Source of the DNA: a virus
Lineage: Duplodnaviria; Heunggongvirae; Uroviricota; Caudoviricetes
DNA length: 64,000 nucleotides
Direction: 5' to 3' (one strand)
IMG/VR virus record: IMGVR_UViG_3300037313_000650
Part shown: positions 13,201 to 21,096 of the stretch, one piece after another
How the letters are laid out: every line of letters begins with the position of its first letter
How positions within the stretch are numbered: the stretch's first letter is position 1
The notes under the pieces: model-generated
Database searches by the model: none
What the model saw: only the letters and a program-made list of their open reading frames with translations
Told to the model about the DNA's origin: nothing
Program-made: the position numbers and the translations under genes

Positions 13201-16200
13201 ACCATCTGGGTTCTTTTCAGAAAGTAAATAATGGGCATAAGTTTTCCATGTCCTATTTTTAAGTTTATTACCTTCTAAATAGTACTCTGTATATTCCCTA
13301 TTTGCAGTATCTGTATTAGGAAAATATTTAATATTGTGGAATTGGCTCTTTAAGAATTCTTGAACTTCTGAATTTTGTACAGAAGAAGGGTCAGTAAGAT
13401 CAATAGATAAATTTTCTCCAAAGAAAAGTTTTGATCCTACAAAATAGATTTGATTTTTATGTACAGGTTTATACTTACCTGCTTCATCCTTTTCTCTCTT
13501 ACCTGTAAAGTAGACTATTGAGGAAAGGAAATTAGTATAATTACTATTAAATAATTGTATACCGGGAATAGATGTTGCAGCAACAAATACTTCCTTTTTA
13601 TCCTTTAAAGAAAGTTTCTCTATACCACCTACTTTCTTAACCAGTTCCTTTTTAGCAGCAGGGAAAGCAGGATTATTTTCGATAATATTATTTAATTTGG
13701 AGATATGATCTTTCATCATTTCTTCCAATACAGTAGATACTACCTTTACTTGCTCATCATTTAATTTAGCATTGTTGGCATAATGTAATTGTTCAAATAC
13801 ACCATTATTAGTATATATAAATGGCATACCAGCAGGTAGACTAACAATTACACCATTCAACATTTTTTCACCTTTGCTGTAAACTCTTACACTTTGTCCA
13901 TTTATTTGATCTTCATCCAATAAAGTTCCAACTACAGGATTTTTAGCTTGTGAACCATCCTGCATCTTTTGTTTATTAGCTATACCATTAGTAACAAAGA
14001 AGTCAAATGTGGTGTTTGGTTCCAGTTTAGTTTGAGCCAGTACCTGTTCTCTCCAATCTGTTGCAACCTTTACTGCATTCTGTAAATCTGCTTCTGAATT
14101 TTTTGCAAGATATTGTTGTTCTTCTTTAGCAGAAAACCTTGGAAGACGTAAGCTTGTTCTTACAATGGAATTAGATAAATTTGATTTAGATTTACCTGAG
14201 GATTTTAATTGTTTATCATAGTTAGCTATATCAGAATTTGCTACTTCAGTAAGTAGTTTTCTATATACGTAATCAGTTAACTTATCTTCAGATGTTAAAC
14301 CTATCTTTTTAATCCCTTCTTCTCCTGTAGCCTTGATAAAATCTTCTACATATTTTACAATTTCATCTTCTGTTTTTATCTTATTCTTTACAAGAGATTC
14401 AATGTTTTTTTCTACTAGAGAAGAAGACATTTTAGGAATACCCTTCAAGAAATCTTCAGATTCCTTCTTATCTTTCTTTATCTGTTCTTTATTAATAGAT
14501 GTTGTTTCACCAACTTTACCAAGTTTTTTAAGTTTAGAATCTACATAATATAAGAAGCCTTCATCTTCAATTACAGGAACAAGCTCAAAATGAGTTTCAT
14601 CAGCTTTCTCTTTTGCAAAGAATTCTTCCTTGTCTTTTAAGACTTGTTCTAAGCCTGCCTCCTTTACATTATTCCTTGTAACTACTAATAGCTTTAATTT
14701 ACCTTTACCTAAAGCTTTTTTAAGTTTGGTAGCATTCTTAGGATTTGTTACAAATTCTGCAAAGTCCATATAATCCTTTACATCCTGAGGAAATGTAGAA
14801 GGGTCTCCAGCAGGAAATGTTGCAGTGAAGAACTTAGTATGAAGAGGTCTAATATAATCCTGCCCATCATATATTTGTTCCTCTTGATAATCAATACCTT
14901 GAGAATTTACACCACCGGGGAATGCCCCTTTATCTTTGGTTAAATTATTGGTGATAGTGTTATCTGTAGCATCAGGCTTTACAGGTTGTTGTTTTGTTAG
15001 ATCAATGTATTTATTTTTAAAGAATTTTTCAGTTTCATTAAAAATATCCTGAATTTCCTTCTCCCAAATACTTAGTTGATTCTCAATAGATTTATAACTA
15101 TCCTGTAATTCCTTAATATAGTTTTCAAGTTCTTCTTTTTTAGATTTATTCAGATTAATCTCATCATATGCAGAAAGAATGTCTTCATTGTAGTTTCTTC
15201 TATTCTGCTCACCATAAAATGAATCATGAAATACTTTATCCAGAAACTTAAGGTTCCAATTTTTACCAAATAAACTTTTTGCTATTTTTAACAAATCTTT
15301 TATAAGTTTCTCTAACTTAGCCAAGATACCTTTAGTTTCTTCTATCTTATTCTCTACCCAAGCCTTTTCCTTTTTTAGTTCATCTACCTGACTTTTCAGA
15401 CCCGTTAAATTACCACTAGTGATTTCTTGTTCTAACAGTCCTATTTGGTAATCTACAGAAGCTAGTTCCTTATTCCAATTTTCAATAGCACCTTCTACAG
15501 TATAGATATCATCCTGTAATTTCTTTAATGTATCCTCAATTACTTTCCTATCTGCTTTAGTACCAGTAGAAATTGCTTGTTGAAGTTGTTGAACTAAATT
15601 ATCAATTTCATTCCTTTTCTGAGATATAGCATGATTCTTTTCAAATATTTTATCTAATAAATTAGATTGTTTAGCTTTTAAACTATCTAATTTCTTGTTT
15701 AAAATTTTGACTCTAGACTCATCCACTACCTGTCCATATTCCGCTAACATCTCTTCAATGAGCTTGCTGTAATTCTTCTGAAGTTGTAATTCTTCATCAG
15801 AATACTGCTGGTTTTCACCAAATGCCATCTTAGCTACAAGAGTATGTACTTTTGCAAAGTCACCTTCCTGAAGCTCTCTGTAATTCTTGGTAATTTTAGT
15901 GATAGGGGTTTCTACCTTACCACTCAATATATCTTTATACTTTTTATTTAAAGGAGTATCTTGTAGTTTTAGATAGTTATTATATCCTTCTTTAGGATCA
16001 GAAAGTAAATTATCAAACCATTGATTTTTAGATACTATATTATCATAGTCTGCTAATCTTTTCTTTAGTTCAGAAGTTTGTTTATTTTGAGTGACTTCTT
16101 TTGTATTACCTTGTGGATCAGTGATAGTTGGTACATATACACCACTTTCTAATCGTTTAGCATCTTTTAGAGCTAGTTCATTATCTTGTTTGTACTTAGC

Positions 16201-18471
16201 TATTTTTTCTTTTATTTCATTACCTCTGTCTATGTGATACTGCTTTTCCAGTTCAGACATATTTTCAGAGAAATCTTTAGATTTCAAGATATCATTATTC
16301 AGTTTTGACTGATACAACATAAAGTTAAGCTGATCTATAGTAAAGTCAGAAAGAGAACTATTGTTTACACCTCTTTCTTTATTTAACATTTCCAGCAACT
16401 TAGAGTTTTCTCTTTGTGCCATTTGGGAAATGATCGTGCTTTCCACTCTATTATTATAAGTTATAGCTTTTCTTGCATTATTATCCTGAGCAAATTCCAA
16501 CAAACTCACATTATCTGGCTTTTTACCATTTGGTAATTCATTGATATCTTTAGCATGTTGTTCAAATGTCTTGGCTAATTCTACAAATTCTCCAGCTTTT
16601 TTATTGATAGCTCTAGGGTCCATACCTACCAGAGAAGCAGTTTCGGCATTTAAATGACTGAATTTATCACTTATATTTTCTACACCTATATTAACCAAAG
16701 ACTTAATGTAGTCACCTAAAGCCTTCTTTGTAGTGAATTCTACAGCATTTGAATTAAAGAAATCATCCTTATTTGAAGTACTAATAGCAGCAAATACTTT
16801 TTCAGATTGTTGTCTTTTTGCATCCAGTTTCTTAGGGTCTATTTTAGGTTCATTGTTTTCATATACTATATTATTGTTTTCATCTCTAGTATAAATATCA
16901 TTAAAACTGAATAAATTTTGCCTAGCTGTTTTAGCTTGTGCTATAGCATCCTTTGTATTGTGGATAACCTCTTTTCTTTCACCAGCAAGTTTTGACATAC
17001 CTACTGCACCACCTATACCAATTAATGCACCTAATCCAATATTTTCAGCAGCTTCTTCATCTTTTCCAGAAAGTGCAGCAAGTGTTTGATGACCTAATTG
17101 TTTACCAAAACCTTTTAAAGAACCAAGAAATCCACTATAATTTTTATCGTCTTCATTCATTCTTTGGATAGCTAACTGAGCATTCTCTTCCCAAAGACCT
17201 TCCATTAATGTACCTTCGGCAGCTTGCTTACCATAATACACTGTTCTACTCAATGGGCTTGATATAGACTTCCAAAAGCTTTCACTTTCCAGATTAGTGA
17301 GAGCTTTAGAACCTACGTTAAGAGAATTATCAATTTGCAAAGCAGCTTTACCTTCTACCTTTTTAAAAGGTTTAAAGAATAAAGTATTTTCAAATGCATT
17401 GGAAAACAATAATACAGGGACGTTTCCTAAGAATGTATTTCTGGCTAATTTACCTGCTCTTTCTCTAATCTGTTCATCAGATAGATTTACATATTCAGGA
17501 TCACCAGCATCTCTTTTATCTTCCATTCTTTGTTTAACATCTTTAAATACACCTGAAGCTTCCTGAGCAGATTCCATTGCTGTATTAAAAGTAAGAGAAC
17601 TAAGTTCAGCCCAAGAACCAACTCCTACCTTTGAAGCAAGTTTACCTAACCTAGTTACAGTGGAGAATTCTTCAGCAAATGCACCTAGTTTACCCAATGC
17701 CCCTAACTTTGCTATACCACTACCGGGAATAGCAGCAGAAGCCATGAAAGCTACACCATCAGCAACGCTATCATTCCAGAATGACCAATCTCCAAGTTTA
17801 GAGAAGAAACCTTTATCATCAAATCCAGCTTGTTTATATACAGGAATTACGTGATCTTTATAACTTTGTTCTAAGCCTTCTAACCATTTAGCAAATCCAT
17901 TATCAGCAACATCAGCCCAATAGTTATCAGAACCAATAGATGTGAGCATTGAACCTATATAACCCAAACCTTCACCAAACTTTAAAACGGCAGGTACAGC
18001 AACTCTAGCTAAGAAACGAGCAGGATTTTTAACAAAGTTTCTCATAAAGAAACCATCATTCATGTAATCATTTCTATAGTAAAAATCCTCATTATTCCTT
18101 AATGCAGAATAACCATAATCCTTATCCATGTATTTTTCTGCTCTATTGAGAGGAGACTCAATACTTCTACCTAAACCATATTTAAATTCTGGATTTTGTT
18201 GAGTTTGTTTTTTCCATGTATCTATAGCAAACTGTTTAACTACAGGATCATCCGAGATCAATGCTTTTTGGAGCGGAATAGATTTAATATCAGGAATCTT
18301 CTGAGAGGGTTCCTCAAATATAGAAAGATTCTCTGCAAACTTATCATTAATTGCAGGAGCATCCTCTGCATTTAAGATTGGAGAAAGCCTCTTATATGTA
18401 TCAATTTTTAAATCTAGACCGTCTTGATGGTCAAATCCTACTACTGAACTATCTAAATACGTATCTGGCAT
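4258..18471 (-). CDS. giant 4737-aa virion protein with a beta-prime-like double-psi beta-barrel RNA polymerase catalytic motif (candidate virion-packaged RNAP, crAss gp66-like)
   Basis: Uninterrupted 14.2-kb ORF. The segment GIGFRIPTQATSS...PSAITTKAGSDFDVDKLS (DFDVD encoded at 7999..8013, about aa 3487) parallels E. coli beta-prime NRAPTLHRL...AAYNADFDGDQMA. It also contains coiled-coil stretches and an internal duplicated motif. Confidence 0.75.
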   Translation of the reverse strand: MPDTYLDSSVVGFDHQDGLDLKIDTYKRLSPILNAEDAPAINDKFAENLSIFEEPSQKIPDIKSIPLQKALISDDPVVKQFAIDTWKKQTQQNPEFKYGLGRSIESPLNRAEKYMDKDYGYSALRNNEDFYYRNDYMNDGFFMRNFVKNPARFLARVAVPAVLKFGEGLGYIGSMLTSIGSDNYWADVADNGFAKWLEGLEQSYKDHVIPVYKQAGFDDKGFFSKLGDWSFWNDSVADGVAFMASAAIPGSGIAKLGALGKLGAFAEEFSTVTRLGKLASKVGVGSWAELSSLTFNTAMESAQEASGVFKDVKQRMEDKRDAGDPEYVNLSDEQIRERAGKLARNTFLGNVPVLLFSNAFENTLFFKPFKKVEGKAALQIDNSLNVGSKALTNLESESFWKSISSPLSRTVYYGKQAAEGTLMEGLWEENAQLAIQRMNEDDKNYSGFLGSLKGFGKQLGHQTLAALSGKDEEAAENIGLGALIGIGGAVGMSKLAGERKEVIHNTKDAIAQAKTARQNLFSFNDIYTRDENNNIVYENNEPKIDPKKLDAKRQQSEKVFAAISTSNKDDFFNSNAVEFTTKKALGDYIKSLVNIGVENISDKFSHLNAETASLVGMDPRAINKKAGEFVELAKTFEQHAKDINELPNGKKPDNVSLLEFAQDNNARKAITYNNRVESTIISQMAQRENSKLLEMLNKERGVNNSSLSDFTIDQLNFMLYQSKLNNDILKSKDFSENMSELEKQYHIDRGNEIKEKIAKYKQDNELALKDAKRLESGVYVPTITDPQGNTKEVTQNKQTSELKKRLADYDNIVSKNQWFDNLLSDPKEGYNNYLKLQDTPLNKKYKDILSGKVETPITKITKNYRELQEGDFAKVHTLVAKMAFGENQQYSDEELQLQKNYSKLIEEMLAEYGQVVDESRVKILNKKLDSLKAKQSNLLDKIFEKNHAISQKRNEIDNLVQQLQQAISTGTKADRKVIEDTLKKLQDDIYTVEGAIENWNKELASVDYQIGLLEQEITSGNLTGLKSQVDELKKEKAWVENKIEETKGILAKLEKLIKDLLKIAKSLFGKNWNLKFLDKVFHDSFYGEQNRRNYNEDILSAYDEINLNKSKKEELENYIKELQDSYKSIENQLSIWEKEIQDIFNETEKFFKNKYIDLTKQQPVKPDATDNTITNNLTKDKGAFPGGVNSQGIDYQEEQIYDGQDYIRPLHTKFFTATFPAGDPSTFPQDVKDYMDFAEFVTNPKNATKLKKALGKGKLKLLVVTRNNVKEAGLEQVLKDKEEFFAKEKADETHFELVPVIEDEGFLYYVDSKLKKLGKVGETTSINKEQIKKDKKESEDFLKGIPKMSSSLVEKNIESLVKNKIKTEDEIVKYVEDFIKATGEEGIKKIGLTSEDKLTDYVYRKLLTEVANSDIANYDKQLKSSGKSKSNLSNSIVRTSLRLPRFSAKEEQQYLAKNSEADLQNAVKVATDWREQVLAQTKLEPNTTFDFFVTNGIANKQKMQDGSQAKNPVVGTLLDEDQINGQSVRVYSKGEKMLNGVIVSLPAGMPFIYTNNGVFEQLHYANNAKLNDEQVKVVSTVLEEMMKDHISKLNNIIENNPAFPAAKKELVKKVGGIEKLSLKDKKEVFVAATSIPGIQLFNSNYTNFLSSIVYFTGKREKDEAGKYKPVHKNQIYFVGSKLFFGENLSIDLTDPSSVQNSEVQEFLKSQFHNIKYFPNTDTANREYTEYYLEGNKLKNRTWKTYAHYLLSEKNPDGSKRTSIPVTTAIKTEEQHKVENTTEPYRPYEFRSISVKTDNVPTAKKKTKGNFEVIKTEKKEQKAKQKSTGSDLMDSVMAGIYESYGYDEETKPEKQEKKKEEPKKKEASKPKSNPKPANQGTGSALTDAVMAGIMESYGYDTEEKEEIVEPVSQEIKDSEEPPSEVPNYRDGGLSNLGLFRVAKSGPFKTEEDLDSVIAEIKRMIPQFPVDRLKIPIKVSDNLEAWGQFVNNVIKLYELAEEGTGYHEVFEAVVNKLLTDKEWNALYKEFTSRNGSFTDRETGRTINYKDATAHEAKEQLAEEFKDFKLGKKAPSQHQTRSYFQIIWDFIKKFFSVRPTIEQIFSKIDTGKFAKRELRREDRFAANYRLAGVPVEVKRDLLEGVTAYMLRNLMSSPKSLVSLDEIDETDESVYEPIKAQFQERIDTLTGAAENEKDENLKKNYLKSIDFIKYGLNNWRELVQTHKDFLRKFSIKFEQNDIEQTDERKEMQNRNDYLQDVFKTSGKKSASKSIRFLFGSLMEMKFNPEGKTITVDNSIAGQPIPKPSSIYMTNLVEYDDYMLKALDEFKGLNDFTQVKNKLKQLSGIAEIEAIKNAEKIKKLVATMDEEKAVWTSLYIRLFGINVNPEAAWNLRVKFHNYVSKHSPEPFVFIVGGGTSAIISSTKRSFFENIIGTIESSLRSQQSLLYSKVVKDGTSILVAKKEFQPTSLAEFTQKEDGKYPKVEKFIEYLGLSEMITPKLYKSLTIDERNKLNTLLHKIRNKMTEAKVAGNISIKSLDIFNYISKDLMDFLDEKLDAGEVSTQFYNINNEPQQKYITPSFASRLVTEINNVETRDELIAKFPNLDTYFAEDSIIMSKLFNKDGTRNTSFNISLGYMEGIKDLEEQEGTKTAKLEESDRYFLQFQASLSGLYYSIPADSETEWVFNFGEFVQFRENLLEEKGDEIIKTIFLPKLRSEINAVIEGNKGFAQLSQKHSNGREIGRSLRFFKDILQHTKDGKTSTAILDEIYKRLDAGESSEKILNDRKLKNKIIKAIDFYLKHEVAETKQALLDNRLVVGDAGGYYMQSLNGSFVQKYSGSFSIDSGVANMNESQFNSLVEYQKINSIIGNMETFKMVFGDPAQYKDFEKRAKSLFGPIEQTYSDKNGELNDWLNENKNIAVLGDDKVELAPNDWFRTDFSDHINERTVDDFTVVSTTTVNNLIDKDSEFAKTFLNEYEKTNESDGQSIGTLGFARHLLIKSGWRWTDEHEKFYQYDTALMRQELSQLPVNHPHYYNYNGNNELQELDKKIVEFYKENPPAAKLSPVKTLMPYVDEDGNQSLLKHSVHFMSYQVAKQFELLDTYVDLLKDKNQLLNFKSTKKVGLKLDNENKITSYYADPFTKNDLNSKGNPKTQIDLKTIGIQVETQNADDKHQTIGSQLTKDINLNLFENGIPVDFMKGEEISEKERKELWDLLGEEDKIKESENYAKVFGPQGTITTLRHLKMKNTLDRFTELGVKWNYSEESGIEYSIDDLSKIQEYIKDELLRLGMDENNLSNFELEEDLKAFKNPAETTPSYTTISNLLWAIADKSITSMSVNGKPYIQVSSAFFSKSRKATYKDESGKWVEVDNEADFDRLKAEGKKLVMTSSDLAFYSVNPETGETNPMEIYLPNIYLRKVNIARKAKGLKVLSEQELLDHLNKNPKLLEGIGFRIPTQATSSLEFFKIKGFLPEAFGDAVVVPSAITTKAGSDFDVDKLSTYLNNWKLGKDGLPEFEEFKDDNNSTPEQRFVSFIKSKEREYRVIMDEMKGSQEYKTISEIIDSNNEELEHKKSKVGNSKDEQESIYEAGLEIFHDLPLPVKQQYWDTEADYRVNGIEGAEKILRYLTYTDKWINEFENGTRLILPLKTKDGKIKEEVVHQAEVLPILENLILNYKDVLKAMGITEELINEYRSLKAANKLENQSLMDNFRFKVANLIAEFNGFVSFDDFSKLPMYLQNTKGAIENQYFQSIRNVLSSPNMFEALLSPASVQHIKDNKKAVFDALGKEVEAKELDYTRLVSNEYISSKRNQFAKGKYDIGIFAVAMTNFANSQITGIGISELGTYKDIDSMVMKLNEDHIDLPFSDIKMQEINGHKFIPISTVRDAEGKLTMDKISAYISGAVDVAKEPDIVEMGMHTELAGSYVLLERMGVRGKTAALFLYNPAIREFLKEYLFFDNKTYFGQSKYSKYKELVEGILDDFAGEESEYNSDYRFTDEQLASLIKKAEDNRKKGIPATEVKWTKEEKIANFHAFVNFLKVRMYSNHLLENIQASNHDTASIRNAHIITKKDLQLERAKSGNMIVKIDGDNVINGAEALREDTAVKNDIKLLKWFDSLFSNINLFALQRKNPKNALRSIAARMFDQNPFISNDDFVNAMKHYESAMIDSLVNTEVEVPGVVIENGESKDVYTQLYKFSKQFFSTKQPYNLKNRYDALREAYPTTFKRNYFLKNLQFRKDDNLGIWLMEFKKKPMNDDFLLKERITEGLIQMGSIDERNYTQERHKKFAIQMSEFYRALVYGAYIQFGIRFGRRSFLDLLPVNGTDNYIGLTDITKPALDKIDDADFSNLDEQVQRNSYYKKGIVPQKTQFSMHFLAPNEKGDYELEPKASWRNGKSKPPNKISQTFFGKVIGNQIVNHIHPAMIWAGYRGNQGDTDTNDVGNYWKTAPNIISIPAIKPEFLERKVVNGREIYKPKDVIGKMMKKGDYSFLFDQLYKKVGLENSSHARFMISKNKEGKESINLLYKPINKYGSRDFNEVQPLYETEGGTVVGMKSILNFPAFKELSDEELVGSTNDKSGKLYPINMVTKKTEAIVTPRTIAKPRAAQKEKTTIVEGKKVKTMDFQPSNIIKIAEGIKTTTIKSKNQADKIGIPVGETQPRMIGGNIYNITNRGYLTIEEAGGLQAMLASEGLDKVEALKFQQSKDWISGKGKLYVYDIKPFEGESSTEETNEVTPPNKPPIKPRCT

Positions 18472-18475
18472 AAGT

Positions 18476-21037
18476 TTATTTTCCTATTGTTGATGTATTT
18501 CCTAATCTTGTTTGAAGCATTCCTAATGCATCATCCCTATCAGGAGTTGAATATACAGGTGAATTTGGTTTTTCCTGATCTATAATATCATATACAAAGC
18601 CTCCATCTGAACCTTTTGATACCTCTAATCTATAAGCTGTACCGCTAGAAGCACGAAGGAAACCTGTAGATTGATTTCTGTTAGGTGTAGTTCTTTTTTC
18701 CAAAGCTCTCATATAAGGTTTCATTATAGATGCTAAGTTATTTTCATCTATAACTTTAAAATCATCAAGTCCTCTAAGCATTACACCATAAGGATCATCT
18801 TTTAATGTAATGTTATCTTGTCCACCATACGATTTTAATTTTTTAAGAGCACCTTCAAAATCATAATCATTTTCTACATTTTTTCTATGGTTTAACCTAA
18901 CAATTAAATCACCTTTGAAATCTGTTTGACCTATAGTGATATCTTGCATATGATCAAGAGGAATTCCTAATTCTCCTGCTATTTTAGCTTTAAATTCATT
19001 GTCTTTATCATTTGAATTTAGAAATGCAAAATTGTAACCTTCTTTCTGAAGTACTGTTTCTTCCTTCATGTAATTATTTCTTGTATTTTTTACATTTTCA
19101 AAATAATCACTTTTCATTTTTTGTATATCCCTTACCAATTTATGAAGTGGATTTACACCGAAAGCACTTGCTGTAGTATTAATAGGTACACCATTTATAG
19201 AATAGCTAGACTGTTCATAACCGGAACTGGAGGTAGAACCATATGGAGTACCTATAGTAGAACCTAAGCTACCATTATTTATTTTTAATGGGGATTGTTT
19301 ACCCATTATACTATTATATATATCTATAGCAGAAACAGTTACTGTATGATTACCAACTTTTACATTTACAGATGGCATCTTAGATATATCATGTATAAAA
19401 TTTTTTTCTAAAGGTTTAACCCTTTCATCTACAATCTCTTGTGTATGCCTATGTAAATCTTCTAAGGATACAAGTTTATCCATTTTAGAATCATACTCCT
19501 GAAGTGTTTGTATTTTAATTGGGTCAGTTGCAGTAGCTCTAAAGTTTGCAATCCATTGTTTTTCTTCAGGTGATCCAGATGTGATATCTTTTGGCATCCC
19601 AAATCCTTGTAGACGTTTAACAAACCATTGATTCAAATCTGTTCTTTGTTGAGCTATTTCTTGTCTCTTTTTAGTTACATCATCATAAGCATCACCACTT
19701 TGAATTTGAGTAAATGGAGAAGTAGTATCATTCATTTGCCTTGCACCATCAATCAAATCTGAATTCATTCCAAGCAGACTTTTAAAATTACCTTTACCAA
19801 GTAGTTTAAGTTTGAGATTAGCATCAAGTTCCTTTTCCAGCTTATCCATTTCAAACTTTTGTTGGTCTTCTTGTCTAAGATTAGCCATATGTTCTCTATA
19901 GAACATCATTTGTACAGGATCAGCCTTCTTTTCGTTTGTTCTAAAATCATAAGAGAAACCCTCACCTATATTTTTTATATAATCTTTAGTATATATAGTT
20001 CCAGCTACAGTTTCAAGATTATCACCCATGATTGGTGAAAAATCATTGGATAACAATTTCTTTATAGTCTCACTTGTGTTTAGAATTCTATCATCTATAG
20101 ACTGCTGTTGTTCTTCTAAAGATTTTATAAATTCAGGAGTTATTTGAGAAGAGTCATAAAGACCTAACTTAGCTAATTGTTTTTTACTAAGACTTTTAAG
20201 ATTATCTTTATTGGCAAGAACACCTTGGATAGCAGCTTTTTCTTCTGATAATTGAGTTCTAGTACCTTGTAAATATGGTAAGTATTGAGAGGCTAATGCT
20301 TCAGGATTATTCTTATATTGTACATATCCATTTATTTGAAGTTGCCTTTTTGCTCTTTCAGATAAACCAGCATCCATACATGCATTTATCTTTGCAGCAG
20401 AAAGAGACTCATCGGAATAGGTATTTATATAATAACCTTGCACTACATCATTTGTAGCTTTATCAGGTTTACAATTCTTTAGAATACCATTCAATTCAGA
20501 AGTAGGGTCATAGAATGGCGTATACTCTTTTCTCTTTTCATAGAATTTCTTTCCGGCCATTCTATCTGTAGAGTTAACAAAATCATTATAACCATCCATA
20601 GCATAAGCTAGGTTGGTATCTGAATAACCTTTACCATCGTCCTGTTGTCTATAACGTAATGCATCATTTCTAACTTTTTCATAGTGCTTGGTCATAGCAT
20701 CATCATATAGAATACCTTCATCTTGAAATAAAGGTTTAAATATTCCCATACCTTGTCTCTGTACAGAAGGATCAGCAAGGTTCATTGTAGATAATTTAGA
20801 AATTTGCTTTTCAGCATCTTTCATAAAATTATCACGGATTTGTTTATTTGCACCAATAGATAAGTTTAATCCTAAAGCATTATCATATACACTTTTTACT
20901 CTAGCAGCACCTTGATCCCAAAATTGATCTTGAGCAGCAATAGCTTTATATATATCATTTACAGGCAGTTGGTACGGCCTGAAGGCACTTGCTGCATTAT
21001 AGTCATTTTGTTGATATGGAGATGTACTTACTGGCAT
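18476..21037 (-). CDS. hypothetical virion protein (853 aa)
   Basis: Long ORF only 4 nt upstream of the giant ORF, in the same operon. No motif recognised. Confidence 0.6.
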   Translation of the reverse strand: MPVSTSPYQQNDYNAASAFRPYQLPVNDIYKAIAAQDQFWDQGAARVKSVYDNALGLNLSIGANKQIRDNFMKDAEKQISKLSTMNLADPSVQRQGMGIFKPLFQDEGILYDDAMTKHYEKVRNDALRYRQQDDGKGYSDTNLAYAMDGYNDFVNSTDRMAGKKFYEKRKEYTPFYDPTSELNGILKNCKPDKATNDVVQGYYINTYSDESLSAAKINACMDAGLSERAKRQLQINGYVQYKNNPEALASQYLPYLQGTRTQLSEEKAAIQGVLANKDNLKSLSKKQLAKLGLYDSSQITPEFIKSLEEQQQSIDDRILNTSETIKKLLSNDFSPIMGDNLETVAGTIYTKDYIKNIGEGFSYDFRTNEKKADPVQMMFYREHMANLRQEDQQKFEMDKLEKELDANLKLKLLGKGNFKSLLGMNSDLIDGARQMNDTTSPFTQIQSGDAYDDVTKKRQEIAQQRTDLNQWFVKRLQGFGMPKDITSGSPEEKQWIANFRATATDPIKIQTLQEYDSKMDKLVSLEDLHRHTQEIVDERVKPLEKNFIHDISKMPSVNVKVGNHTVTVSAIDIYNSIMGKQSPLKINNGSLGSTIGTPYGSTSSSGYEQSSYSINGVPINTTASAFGVNPLHKLVRDIQKMKSDYFENVKNTRNNYMKEETVLQKEGYNFAFLNSNDKDNEFKAKIAGELGIPLDHMQDITIGQTDFKGDLIVRLNHRKNVENDYDFEGALKKLKSYGGQDNITLKDDPYGVMLRGLDDFKVIDENNLASIMKPYMRALEKRTTPNRNQSTGFLRASSGTAYRLEVSKGSDGGFVYDIIDQEKPNSPVYSTPDRDDALGMLQTRLGNTSTIGK

Positions 21038-21096
21038 ATTAATATATCTTGTAAATTTACATTATTTTTTTATATATTCAAAATTAACATGTTATG

